From contig VEPG01000056.1 of the NCBI GenBank assembly GCA_012026975.1, positions 3,871 through 67,870 on the forward strand: 64,000 bases of DNA. The letters are read 5' to 3'. This document shows, piece after piece, positions 54,201 through 62,501 of this stretch. The first letter of the stretch is position 1, and each line of letters begins with the position of its first letter. The stretch is from Desulfuromonas sp. GTDB taxonomy: Bacteria > Desulfobacterota > Desulfuromonadia > Desulfuromonadales > BM103. Under the pieces are notes generated by a model. The model searched no databases and was not told the origin of the DNA. It saw nothing but the letters and a program-made list of their open reading frames with translations. The position numbers were made by a program, and so were the translations under genes.

Positions 54201-57106
54201 TTGGCCATGCCGGTGGTATTCCAGGCATAGGTGGTCTGCGCCGGAGCGGTGCTTGGCGAAGCATCGGAACGGTGGCAGAAGTTGGTCCCGCAACTGCCGT
54301 AGCTGGTGCGGAAGGTGCCGCCGTAGACCGGTGCCGGCGTCAGGTTGCCGTCGACATTGAAAGTGCCGTTGAGATGGTTGGCCGCCGGCAGGGTGCCGGT
54401 CGGACTCCCCCAGGCGACAGAGGCATTATGACAGCTGGCACAGTTGATGGTCTTGCCGAAGGTGGTTGCGGCATTGGTATGCACCGTGTGCTTGGTGTCG
54501 CTGGTCGGGTTGTTGTGGCAGGCCGAACAGTTCATTGTCGTCGGCAGAGCCGAGGTAAGCACCGTATGGGTCGGAGTGACATACCAGTCCGGGGTGGCTA
54601 CAGGCTCGCTGCCGGCGGCCGCCGTGCCGTACTGGACGTGGCAGTCGACGTTGGAGCAGGTATTGCCGGTGGTCTCGAAGGTGCCCAGGGTGCCGGTTTC
54701 GTCCGCACCGCCCCAGAACACCTTCGGTGCCGCGGCGGTCAGCGTCGTCGTCTTGAAGACATCGGCGGCGGTGGCGCCCATGTGATCGCTGTCGCCAATG
54801 GCGTGGCAGTACTGGCACAGGGCCTGCTGCTTGGTGCTGCTGGCGGCATCGGCCAGCAACTGGTCGACGGTCTGCGCGTAGACCTTGCTGGCCAGCCACT
54901 GCATGTGCAGCTGGTGGGCGCCGACGATGTCGGGCGTAGTGGTGCCGTTGTCGGCGCCGGAAGTGTTCGGCCAGATCTGGCCGGTCGCCGTGCTGCCGTG
55001 GCAGGAATCAGTGGCGCAACCGGTGGCCTCGACCGTGCCGTTGATATGGAAGCTGGCGACAATGGCCGGCGGGTCGGTGGTCGTGGTTACGGTTGAGCCA
55101 TGGCAGTTCTTGCAGGTCGCCGGGAAGGTCTGCGTGTTGTGGGTGGTGTCGGACGGCGGCAAACCATGGCAATAGTTGCTGCAGGTGCCGGCCGTACCCG
55201 GAACATAGGTGGTCCAGTTGGCGGTCCAGGCCGGGGTGGAATCAAGCGCACCGGCATCGCCACCCGGCGTCTTGAAGCCGTGACAGTAGACCGAACAGCT
55301 TAAGGTACCGGAATCGTAGGCTGTCGTGGTGGTGTTGAGCTGGGCCCGGGCACCGAAGGTTAGGTCGGCCGGAGCGGCGATGTTGGTCAGGATATGCCCG
55401 GCGGCATTGACTGTGCCGGGAACGGTATGGCAGTCGGCGCAGGCAACTGCCCCGCCGTTCATCAGGTTGCTGGTGAGCGTCAGGTGGGTCAGGTGCGCGC
55501 CGGCGGCGTTGGCGCTGCGGAACGGCGAGGCCGCGGTCGGGTAGGCATCAGCGGCGACGCCGGAGTCGGTCTTGGCCCGGTTGTGGCAGAAGGTGCAGGT
55601 GCTGGTGTGTGTAGAGCCCCAGGTCGGGCCGGCGCCGGCCGGGCCGCCGTAGAGGGTAGCCGCGTTTGTGCCGCCGTGACAGTCGGTGTTCTCGCACTTG
55701 CCGAGGGTCGGCGTCGAAGTCTGGTTCCAGGCCGTGTCGGCGACATGATCGGCGTTCTTGTCGTAGCGGGCGGTGGCTTTGGCGCCGATGCCACTGACGT
55801 TCATCTCGATGGTGCCGCGACGGTGGCGGGAGGTGTAGGTACCCCCCGGGGTCTGGCTGCCTTCAATGTGGCAGGTGTTGCACTGATAGGCGAAAGTGGT
55901 GCCATGGGTGGCATGGTTCCCCTGGACCGCGCCGGTAGCACCGGTACGGGCGACCCCGTCAAGAACCGGCAGCGGGTGGCAGCCGCCGCAGCCGAGACCG
56001 GTGGTGATCAGGACCGAGTTGGAATCCCACGGGCCGCCGAGCGGCGCCATGTCCGGCGCGAGCACACCGAGCGCCGTGATGCGCGAAATGCAGGTGGTTC
56101 CATCAAGGGCACCCGATGTGATGTCGTAGGTGACCCACAGATACTTCGGGGTGCCCGAGGTCACGGTACGACTGGCGGCGGCGATCGCCGTCAGATCGAC
56201 AACTGTTGATTGGCCGTTCCAGTTGGCGACCGTCGTCGTACCGAGAACCCCGTCGCTGAAGTTGGTGTTCGCATCGATGTGCACCTTAAGGTTGGCAATC
56301 GTGCCGGTGGCCGCGATGTTGACGTCGTCAACCGTCGCCGAAGTGATGACGCAGCTACCGTTACCGGTGGCGTCGGAGTTGATTTGCAGGCGCTGCATCT
56401 GGACGTTGGTCTGGCTGGGCTGCGCCGTGGTCGCCACCGTGGTGTTGCTGGTGACGGTCAGGCTGTCCACCACCGCCGGGGTGAAGGTGATGGCGATATC
56501 ATCGGCATAGAGGCTTGAGGTCGCGCCGTTGGTGGCGCCGGTAGTGCTCGACAGCGAGACGGTGATCTGGTTGACGTTCTTGGGCAGGGTCAACGGGAAA
56601 ACGGTCGCGGTCGTATTGGTGACGTTCGTCCAGGCGCTGTTGGCGCCGACTGTGCCAGTAAAGATATTGACCGTGGTCGCATCGCTGTAGCGCAGATCAA
56701 TGGTAATGGTCCTGGCCGTACTGGCGGCGAGGGTCCACTGTTCCATCGCCCAGACGACAACGTCAGTCTTGGCGGCAATGACACCACCGGCCGAAACGGT
56801 AACCGACTGGGTTGCGGTTCCGGTCGAGGCCTTGGCTCGTCCGGTCACCGTTTCGAGGAACGAACCGGTTCCCGCCAGCGTCGCGTGATTCTGCGCGGTC
56901 GAGACGCTGGCGACGCCGTTGGTCGCCGAACCGAGCGACCAAGTGGCGTTCGGGCTGGGGAAGCCACCGTCGGTCACCATCGCCGCGGCCCAGACGGTCG
57001 AAGAAAAAGTGAGGAGCACCACCGCCAACAGGCCGGCCACGCCAAACCGCCAGCGGCAAGATGTTCTCTTCACGGTCTGCTGCGCTTTTGCACGTCGAAT
57101 ATCCAT
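51269..57106 (-). CDS. giant multiheme c-type cytochrome (CxxxxCH/CxxCH repeat family), about 1945 aa
   Basis: Manual count gives about 23 CXXCH plus about 9 CX3-4CH motifs, starting at CGGCH (nt ~55990). A heme-free beta-rich N-terminal region of about 330 aa precedes them. Signal ...GVAGLLAVVLLTFSSTVWA. ATG 57106 (GAGGG 5 nt upstream) is preferred; the ORF-track ATG 57202 would give a pre-signal N-terminus of more than 70 aa. Confidence 0.85.
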   Translation of the reverse strand: MDIRRAKAQQTVKRTSCRWRFGVAGLLAVVLLTFSSTVWAAAMVTDGGFPSPNATWSLGSATNGVASVSTAQNHATLAGTGSFLETVTGRAKASTGTATQSVTVSAGGVIAAKTDVVVWAMEQWTLAASTARTITIDLRYSDATTVNIFTGTVGANSAWTNVTNTTATVFPLTLPKNVNQITVSLSSTTGATNGATSSLYADDIAITFTPAVVDSLTVTSNTTVATTAQPSQTNVQMQRLQINSDATGNGSCVITSATVDDVNIAATGTIANLKVHIDANTNFSDGVLGTTTVANWNGQSTVVDLTAIAAASRTVTSGTPKYLWVTYDITSGALDGTTCISRITALGVLAPDMAPLGGPWDSNSVLITTGLGCGGCHPLPVLDGVARTGATGAVQGNHATHGTTFAYQCNTCHIEGSQTPGGTYTSRHRRGTIEMNVSGIGAKATARYDKNADHVADTAWNQTSTPTLGKCENTDCHGGTNAATLYGGPAGAGPTWGSTHTSTCTFCHNRAKTDSGVAADAYPTAASPFRSANAAGAHLTHLTLTSNLMNGGAVACADCHTVPGTVNAAGHILTNIAAPADLTFGARAQLNTTTTAYDSGTLSCSVYCHGFKTPGGDAGALDSTPAWTANWTTYVPGTAGTCSNYCHGLPPSDTTHNTQTFPATCKNCHGSTVTTTTDPPAIVASFHINGTVEATGCATDSCHGSTATGQIWPNTSGADNGTTTPDIVGAHQLHMQWLASKVYAQTVDQLLADAASSTKQQALCQYCHAIGDSDHMGATAADVFKTTTLTAAAPKVFWGGADETGTLGTFETTGNTCSNVDCHVQYGTAAAGSEPVATPDWYVTPTHTVLTSALPTTMNCSACHNNPTSDTKHTVHTNAATTFGKTINCASCHNASVAWGSPTGTLPAANHLNGTFNVDGNLTPAPVYGGTFRTSYGSCGTNFCHRSDASPSTAPAQTTYAWNTTGMANCAICHLEAMATNKHSQHLASNSLPNATNVNECFNCHNSTATSGGVATGANHINGADDLNFATAMNYEAAAAARNGALVGASTTCNNVICHNGVTTPQWSATVTCGSCHNTGGTGPLPSAASVGRSHAAHANNDATYTDCDNCHGNATYNVSGSRGASVYTATGGGGGLHQNLTVNFYMNSGAGTYTDTASTAGGVNYNAAGATHLDDGTCAATVCHGGATPTWGGTLTNGCFDCHGGGLAATETGTTKPAIDTIPNPVTFTGQYNTYGHGRTTAYTWSSNAAANLSSYTGTATPGCYTCHSSAAQHSPAASATDPFRLGAYATNTNGLCLQAGCHDTPTIQAHTKAITGSTKTWPNNYDYKCVDCHDPHGDTNYYMVRSHISAPLTSTDATIGSDSYGTPQDTANITAVTFTALTGNATNSYGVSTATNGICEICHNQTKAGYYRRGINETNTHNTGTRCTTCHKHSDGFKGGGCSGCHGPGGSGPVVVWPTGNATGKTTVYGSHLKALTGDTITTSTNWDSQCGKCHPFHKTGTGVITIANNTTVGINYVLSSGEHGALFIGGTSTSGATEPEMCWNCHDQNNNGSLADAGDISEWGTNNGGTYNYGSYNKKSWFDAAGTWSSALFTYKNGILSAKPSTRHARWSSHDTGSTVGTTKETVDFVVCSYCHDVHDLNKTTGDTASGKPYLRGTWRPSGYKEDGAPKAGVTFAQTDNVYGAVPRGGLTTTGNGGYQIDQNNASPNATYAYATNDGLCNLCHAQASIQTAWIGHNNSVKGFTNDTTAARNIFGASKRGLPTGSGNARVTRPYMAYQGVTDYQDTGKSWMGGFRSQDLATAPDISMNAPRVGGSGTRYGYTAAEFKWGTAGTGLTNLDITGTSVNADYHSFSCSKCHTPHASRLPRLMITNCLDTRLNTWDDQFASDTNWTTWAALDSTGSKQLAYTTSAQNCHRRIDANGNGATTDAGDEPGWNTATPW

Positions 57107-57208
57107 GGCTGCCCTCATCCCCTTGCCGCACGTATCGTCAAGACGCTGGTTGATCATCGTTCGTACCATCTTTGCCATTCTGTCGGCCGCGAGTTTCATC
57201 ATCTCCTC

Positions 57209-60200
57209 CTACGGCGCCCAGTCCGGCGTGGGTTTCAGGTGACAGGCCACGTTCGAGCAGGTTTGTGTCCCGGTATCGTAGGTTGGCGGGGTGCCATTGA
57301 GGAACCACACGTTGGCCGGCGCCGCGGCGCCGAGGATGTTGCTCGACGGGTCAAGGTGGTTGGCCTGGTTGGACATGTCGTGACAGACGTCGCAGGCCGG
57401 GTAATTGGTGCCGTTCCAGTCGGCCAGGACGCCATCCGGGTTGCCGGCGGCCATGCCGATATCCTGAACCAGATGGATACCGTGCTTCGGATGGGAGCCG
57501 GTGTTCGGCGGCAGGCTGCCGTGGCAGGTGGTGCAGGTGGCAAAGACTTCGGTGACGCCGTTGATATGCTTGGTCACGTCCTTGAAGGTTGCCGCCCCCG
57601 TATTCATCGTATCGGTATGGCAGTTGCCGCACTGGGCCAGCGTCTCGCTGCCGGTATGGCCGGTGATCAGCGGTGGGGCACCATGGCAGCGGTTGCAGTC
57701 GCCGGTCGCTGTGATGGAACCGGTCAGATAGGCACTCTGGTTCCAGCTGGGCATGGTGTCGACGCCGTTGGCCATGGGGGCGCCGTGGCAGTAGTTGCTG
57801 CAGACGCCGGTGGAGTAGCTGGCCGGGGTGCTGTTGGCTGTCGCCAGGGCGCCCCAATTGTTTTCAGCCGGCAGGCTCGAATCGATGTGCCCGACCACGT
57901 TGACCTTGTTGACATAGGTCGACTGGCCGGCCATGGCCGAAACCGTGGCATTGTGGCACTGGTCGCAGGTGATATCCGCCGAATAGTTGTTGAGCGAATT
58001 GAGGTGGGCCGCATGGGCACCGACCTGGGCGTCGGTATCGGCGGTATCGCCACTGGTGTCGCGACCGGTTTTGGTCGGATCGGACATGCCGTGGCAGACT
58101 GAACAGTTGCCATTGGTGGCGCCGGTCGTCCACACCGCCGAAACACCGCCATGGCAGTTGGTCGTGGAGCAGGTATAGAGCGGCTGGTCCGGGTTGGTCA
58201 GGCTGTTGGTGTTGTATTCGAAGGTATCGATGGTGCCGGTGCCGCCGTTGGCCGCGGCCACGGAGACATCGCGGGTCTTGTTGATATGATAGGTCAGCCC
58301 GCCGGCCGAGATTGCACTGTTATTGCTGGCGGTCAGCACATGGCAGTCGTCGCAGGTATAACCGAACTGCTTGTTGGTATCGGATGGATCGGTGCCGATG
58401 TGCGCCAGATGCGAGGCGGTCAGCGTCGTCGTCGTGCCCGGGCCGCCGTGGCAACCGGTGCAGCCGACGGTGGTCGTCCAACTGATGGATTGATACGTCG
58501 GGGTCGCCTGGCCGGTGCTGTGGCAGTAGACATTGGTGCAATTGGTGCCGTTCCAGTTGTTGTTCGGCGTGGCATCGCTGTCCCAGGTGCCGAGAATGCG
58601 GATATCGCGCGTGCCGTTAACGTGGAAGGTCTTGTCGGCGATCGCCTGATCGTTGGCATCGACCGTACCGTCGTGACACATCTGGCACGGCTTGATCGAC
58701 ATGACCGCGGCGGCGCTGACGTGCGAGGGGTGGCCGTTACTTGCCATCGGACTGCCCGAGGCCGCGTTATTGTTATGGCAGCCGGTGCAGTTGGTCGGCA
58801 GCGTCCCGGTCCAGGTTGCAACCACGTTCGGCGCCCCGGCCGTTGCTTTGCCGTTGTTGTGACAGGCGTTGAAGCCGCAGGTGCCGTTGGTGTAGGCGAA
58901 GCTGCCGTCGGGCGAGGTCGCCGCGGCAGTCCCCGCGGCCGTGTAGGTGCCGCCGCCGGCAAGGCCGACCTCGGCCGCCTGCCGGGTGCTGACCACACCG
59001 CCGGAGTGGGTGGTGGCCGCCGGATTGTGGCAGGTCCCACACTGGAAGATGTAGGCCGTCGTCGTGCTGGTGTTGGTGGTCAGGTTGCCGGTCGCCACCG
59101 TGGCGCTGGCATAGTGCTTGGCATGATTCCCCTCCAGCAGGCTGCTGGCGGTATGACAGCCGTCGCAGTTGATGTTCGGGCCGCCCCAGGTCGGGGTGTT
59201 GGTGCCATGACAGTAGATACTCGAACAGGTACCGTAGGTGGCACTCGGAGCCTTGTTGCCGGTCGTGCCGCTGGCGGCGGCGGTTTTGCCGAAGGCCGTG
59301 TACTTGGCATTGGTGCCGATGCGGGTATCGCCCGTAGCCAGCGCCCAGGCGACGTTGCCGTCGAGATGGGCGGTATCGCTGTAGGCCGGATGACACTTGT
59401 TGCAGGTCAGCTTGACGTTGCCGGTGCTCAGCACATGGGTGTTGTGGCTGCCGGTCTGGGGCGGGGCCGTGGTGCTGGTGCTGTGACAGGCGCCACAGCC
59501 GGCCTGGCTGGTACCGACCCAGGACGGTGAGTTGATCAGGCCGCCGTTACCGGCCCAGTTGCCATGGCAGTAAACCGTACAATTCAGATTGTCGTTAGCC
59601 ACCTTGTTGAGAACCGTGACTCCGTCACTGGCGACAAAGGTGTAGGTATTCGTCAGCAGGGCATCCTGCGGGAAGCTCAGGGTCCCGCCGTTGACCGTGT
59701 TGACGAAGCCCGGCACGTTGGTGCTGTTGGCGGCGACCCCCATCTGGATGGTGTAGCTCACCTCCGGCATGGTGTTGCCCGTGTGACAGGTCTCGCATTT
59801 CATCAGCTTGGTGGTGACGTGCTTGGCATGGGCGCCGGGGGCGGTCGCCGGGTTGGCGAGAGCGCCGGTCGCCGAGGGGGCAAACACCATGTTGCTGCTG
59901 GAGGTCGGCGGGTTGCCGTGGCAACTGTTGCAACCAGGGGAGTTGAAACCCTTCTTATGCGGGTGGCAACCCATGCAGTTGGACTGGTTGGCGTGGTTGT
60001 TGTTGCCACCGTTGGTCAAATTGTTTGCCGTGTTGTAGTTGTGGAACTTGTTCTTGCTGTGGCAGGCCTCGCAGATGCGGTTGGAGGTCGCGTGGCCGCC
60101 CGCGTCATTGCCGAGTTGCGACGTACCCGCCTCGACGGTCAATAACTGCACCGCGCCGGCGCCGATTGGGAAGGTATCGGTCGGCGCAGTCAACGTGGTC

Positions 60201-62386
60201 TTGACCCGCTTGACGTTGGTGGTTGAGCGTACATGACAGGTGGCGCACTCGAATTTCCCGTACTGGGCGCTGGTAATCCCCCAGCCATTGACCGTCTTGC
60301 CGCTCTGGGCGATCGGCCACTTGGTCGAGCCGGTGGTCACCGAGTTGTGCACCATGAAGTCGATTGCGGTGTTGTCGACGGTGATGTTCCCGGTCTGGGT
60401 CTTCACGACCCCGCCGCAATCCGGGTCGGTGCCGGTGACCTTGAAGGAGACCACCGTTGGCGTGGTAAGGCCGAAATTGCTGCTGTCCCAAGGGGTTTCG
60501 GCATCGACGGCATTGATCTGGTAGGTGAAGTTGGCGACGTTGCCGGTCTTGGTGTACAGGCCGGCAAGGTTGACGATCAGACCGCTGACCGTCTGGCCGG
60601 CGGGGATGGTGAGCGTCGATGGGGTCGCGTCGGTGCAGCCGCCGCCGGTGAAATCGACCGTGTTGTCGACGCTGGACGCGATGCTGCTGGTGTTGCCGGC
60701 CGCATCCGTGGCGGCGCCGGCGGGGATCGACGCGATCACCGTGCCGTTGCCGGTGACGGCTACGGTGACGGTATAGACGGTCGGACCACCGGTCACGCTG
60801 GTCACGCTCATGCCGGTCGCCGTGCCGCCGAGGGTGACATCGGTGGTCGCGAAACCGGTGACGTTTTCACTGAAGGTCGCCGTGAACGTAATCGGCGAGG
60901 TGGCGGTCGGGTCCGCCTGCGCCGCGGCCTGTTCGATGGCCACGCTCGGCGGGAGATTGTCGAATGTCACGGTGTTGTCGGTGCTGGTCGAGGCAACGTT
61001 GGGAAGACCGCTCGTCGAACCGGTCGCCACCCCGGCACCGATGGTGGCAATGACTGTACCGCTATCGGTCGCCGTGACGACCACGGTGTAGGAAGTGCCG
61101 CTCCCGGTGACACTGGTGACACTGGCCGGGGCCGTTCCGGCAAGGGTGATATCACCGGCAACAAAACCGGTAACACTCTCCGAGAAGACCACCTTGTAGG
61201 TGATCGTGCCGTTGGTCGGGTCAGCCTGAACAGGCGCGGTGGTGCTCTGGTTGATCGTCACCGTCGGATTGACCAGCGTGGTGAAGGTGACCGTGTTGTC
61301 GGTGCTGGTCGAGGCGTTGTTGGGGTTGCCGAAAACATCCGTGGCCACGCCCGCGCCGATGGCGGCGATGACGGTGCCGGATGTCGTCATTCCGGTCACC
61401 GCCACGTTGTAGGTCGTGCCGCTGCCGGTCACGGTCGCTGTCTTCGTGCCACCGGCCGTCCCCGTAATCGTCACGTCGCCAGTGGCAAAGGTCGTCGTCG
61501 ACTCGCTGAACACCACGGTGAAATTGATCGTCGCGCCGTTGGTCGGGTCCGCCTGGGCACCAGCCTGGTTGATGGTGACATTCGGATTCCAGTTAATGAC
61601 CACCTTGCCGGCAAATCCGGCGCCGCCGGATTTGTTGCCGCCGGACGAACGGTTCCCCGAACCACTGCCGCCGCCGCCGGGACCACTGGCGGGGGTGGTG
61701 CCGGCGCTATTGGCCGCGCCGCCGGCGACACCCGGACCGCCACCAGTGACGGCCGCCGCACCGGCATTGCCGGCCTGGGTCGTGGTGGTGAAGTTACCAT
61801 TCGCCGCAGTGCCGGCCGAGCCGCCGCTGCCACCGCCGGTTTTGGCCACGTCGTTATTGGCGCAAGCACCGTTTCCGCCCGTGAACTTGGTGGTCCCGAA
61901 GCCGGAACCCGCCGCGCCGCCGGCGCCACGCGTACCGCCACCGGCGCCGTCACTGAGACCACCACCGCCGCCGCCAGGAGCCATGATGGTCGTGGCATTG
62001 TTGAAGAAGCTGGCGGTCCCGGCACTACCGGCAGCGCCGGCATTACCTGCCCCGCCGGCACCGACCTGGTAGGGGTAGGAGCCTCCCGAGGTCACGGTGG
62101 CCGTCCCTTTCGAATAGGCACCGCCACCGCCACCGCAGCCACCGTAGTTATCGTTGGTCGCGTCACCGCCACCGCCACCGCCGGCGCCCCAGACTTCAAC
62201 CGAAACCGAGGTAACAGCCGCCGCCCCCGAGGGGGCCGTCCAGTTGCCGGTCGCTACGGTCGAGTAAACCTGCTGCCCCGCCCGGGCGCTCCCGGCCAGG
62301 CCAATCATGCCGAGCGTGACGGTAATGATCGTCACCAGTGCCGTGCGCAGCAGACCATTCATGGCGGATGCATTCTGTCTGTTCAT
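57209..62386 (-). CDS. giant chimeric protein: glycine-rich domain + 3 Ig-like repeats + multiheme (CxxxxCH/CxxCH) region, about 1725 aa
   Basis: Signal MNGLLRTALVTIITVTLGMIGLAGSARA. Gly-rich region VEVWGAGGGGGG...GGCGGGGGAYS... (nt ~61592-62269). Three ~105-aa repeats. About 19 CXXCH plus about 7 CX3-4CH motifs from CATCH (nt ~60247) onward. ATG 62386 has GGAAGGTG 5 nt upstream. Confidence 0.85.
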   Translation of the reverse strand: MNRQNASAMNGLLRTALVTIITVTLGMIGLAGSARAGQQVYSTVATGNWTAPSGAAAVTSVSVEVWGAGGGGGGDATNDNYGGCGGGGGAYSKGTATVTSGGSYPYQVGAGGAGNAGAAGSAGTASFFNNATTIMAPGGGGGGLSDGAGGGTRGAGGAAGSGFGTTKFTGGNGACANNDVAKTGGGSGGSAGTAANGNFTTTTQAGNAGAAAVTGGGPGVAGGAANSAGTTPASGPGGGGSGSGNRSSGGNKSGGAGFAGKVVINWNPNVTINQAGAQADPTNGATINFTVVFSESTTTFATGDVTITGTAGGTKTATVTGSGTTYNVAVTGMTTSGTVIAAIGAGVATDVFGNPNNASTSTDNTVTFTTLVNPTVTINQSTTAPVQADPTNGTITYKVVFSESVTGFVAGDITLAGTAPASVTSVTGSGTSYTVVVTATDSGTVIATIGAGVATGSTSGLPNVASTSTDNTVTFDNLPPSVAIEQAAAQADPTATSPITFTATFSENVTGFATTDVTLGGTATGMSVTSVTGGPTVYTVTVAVTGNGTVIASIPAGAATDAAGNTSSIASSVDNTVDFTGGGCTDATPSTLTIPAGQTVSGLIVNLAGLYTKTGNVANFTYQINAVDAETPWDSSNFGLTTPTVVSFKVTGTDPDCGGVVKTQTGNITVDNTAIDFMVHNSVTTGSTKWPIAQSGKTVNGWGITSAQYGKFECATCHVRSTTNVKRVKTTLTAPTDTFPIGAGAVQLLTVEAGTSQLGNDAGGHATSNRICEACHSKNKFHNYNTANNLTNGGNNNHANQSNCMGCHPHKKGFNSPGCNSCHGNPPTSSSNMVFAPSATGALANPATAPGAHAKHVTTKLMKCETCHTGNTMPEVSYTIQMGVAANSTNVPGFVNTVNGGTLSFPQDALLTNTYTFVASDGVTVLNKVANDNLNCTVYCHGNWAGNGGLINSPSWVGTSQAGCGACHSTSTTAPPQTGSHNTHVLSTGNVKLTCNKCHPAYSDTAHLDGNVAWALATGDTRIGTNAKYTAFGKTAAASGTTGNKAPSATYGTCSSIYCHGTNTPTWGGPNINCDGCHTASSLLEGNHAKHYASATVATGNLTTNTSTTTAYIFQCGTCHNPAATTHSGGVVSTRQAAEVGLAGGGTYTAAGTAAATSPDGSFAYTNGTCGFNACHNNGKATAGAPNVVATWTGTLPTNCTGCHNNNAASGSPMASNGHPSHVSAAAVMSIKPCQMCHDGTVDANDQAIADKTFHVNGTRDIRILGTWDSDATPNNNWNGTNCTNVYCHSTGQATPTYQSISWTTTVGCTGCHGGPGTTTTLTASHLAHIGTDPSDTNKQFGYTCDDCHVLTASNNSAISAGGLTYHINKTRDVSVAAANGGTGTIDTFEYNTNSLTNPDQPLYTCSTTNCHGGVSAVWTTGATNGNCSVCHGMSDPTKTGRDTSGDTADTDAQVGAHAAHLNSLNNYSADITCDQCHNATVSAMAGQSTYVNKVNVVGHIDSSLPAENNWGALATANSTPASYSTGVCSNYCHGAPMANGVDTMPSWNQSAYLTGSITATGDCNRCHGAPPLITGHTGSETLAQCGNCHTDTMNTGAATFKDVTKHINGVTEVFATCTTCHGSLPPNTGSHPKHGIHLVQDIGMAAGNPDGVLADWNGTNYPACDVCHDMSNQANHLDPSSNILGAAAPANVWFLNGTPPTYDTGTQTCSNVACHLKPTPDWAP
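60641..61585 (-). repeat. three tandem ~315-bp coding repeats (Ig-like modules)
   Basis: Repeat consensus: VTINQ..AQADPTNG.I.F.VVFSE.VTGF..GD.T..GTA....V.G.GT.Y.V.VT....GTVIA.I.AG.A.D..GN.N..S.S.DNTV.F. Seen three times at ORF-track residues about 285-390, 390-495 and 496-597. Confidence 0.8.
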
Positions 62387-62408
62387 GTTGACACCTTCCA
62401 AAGCGCCT

Positions 62409-62450
62409 GATTTCAAACTGTTCATTATCATGATCTTACTTTCCGGGCAA
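62409..62450 (-). promoter_or_regulatory. candidate internal promoter with overlapping Fur-box-like operator upstream of the chimeric cytochrome gene
   Basis: Minus strand: TTGCCC (62445-62450), a 17-nt spacer, then TAATGA (62422-62427). GATCATGATAATGAACA overlaps the -10 element. The adjacent GTTTGAAATCA shares GATTTCAAA (plus strand 62409-62417) with the feo-locus motif. Confidence 0.4.
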
Positions 62451-62501
62451 ACTAGTCATCGTCATCTTTCCGTTGCCGGCGCGCCGTACGGCCAGCGTGC
62501 C

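Noticed and set aside
61592-62269. GGN-rich low-complexity DNA considered as a simple-sequence, CRISPR-like or PE-PGRS-type repeat array
   Set aside because: There is no regular repeat-spacer structure. The tract stays in frame within a signal-peptide-bearing ORF and encodes a glycine-rich protein domain.
60233-62410. 725-aa plus-strand ORF (and many 60-460-aa ORFs on both strands between 51.3 and 64 kb)
   Set aside because: All lie antisense to or out of frame with the giant cytochrome genes. Their translations are Gly/Arg/Ala/Val runs, and only the minus-strand frames carry signal peptides and periodic CxxCH motifs.
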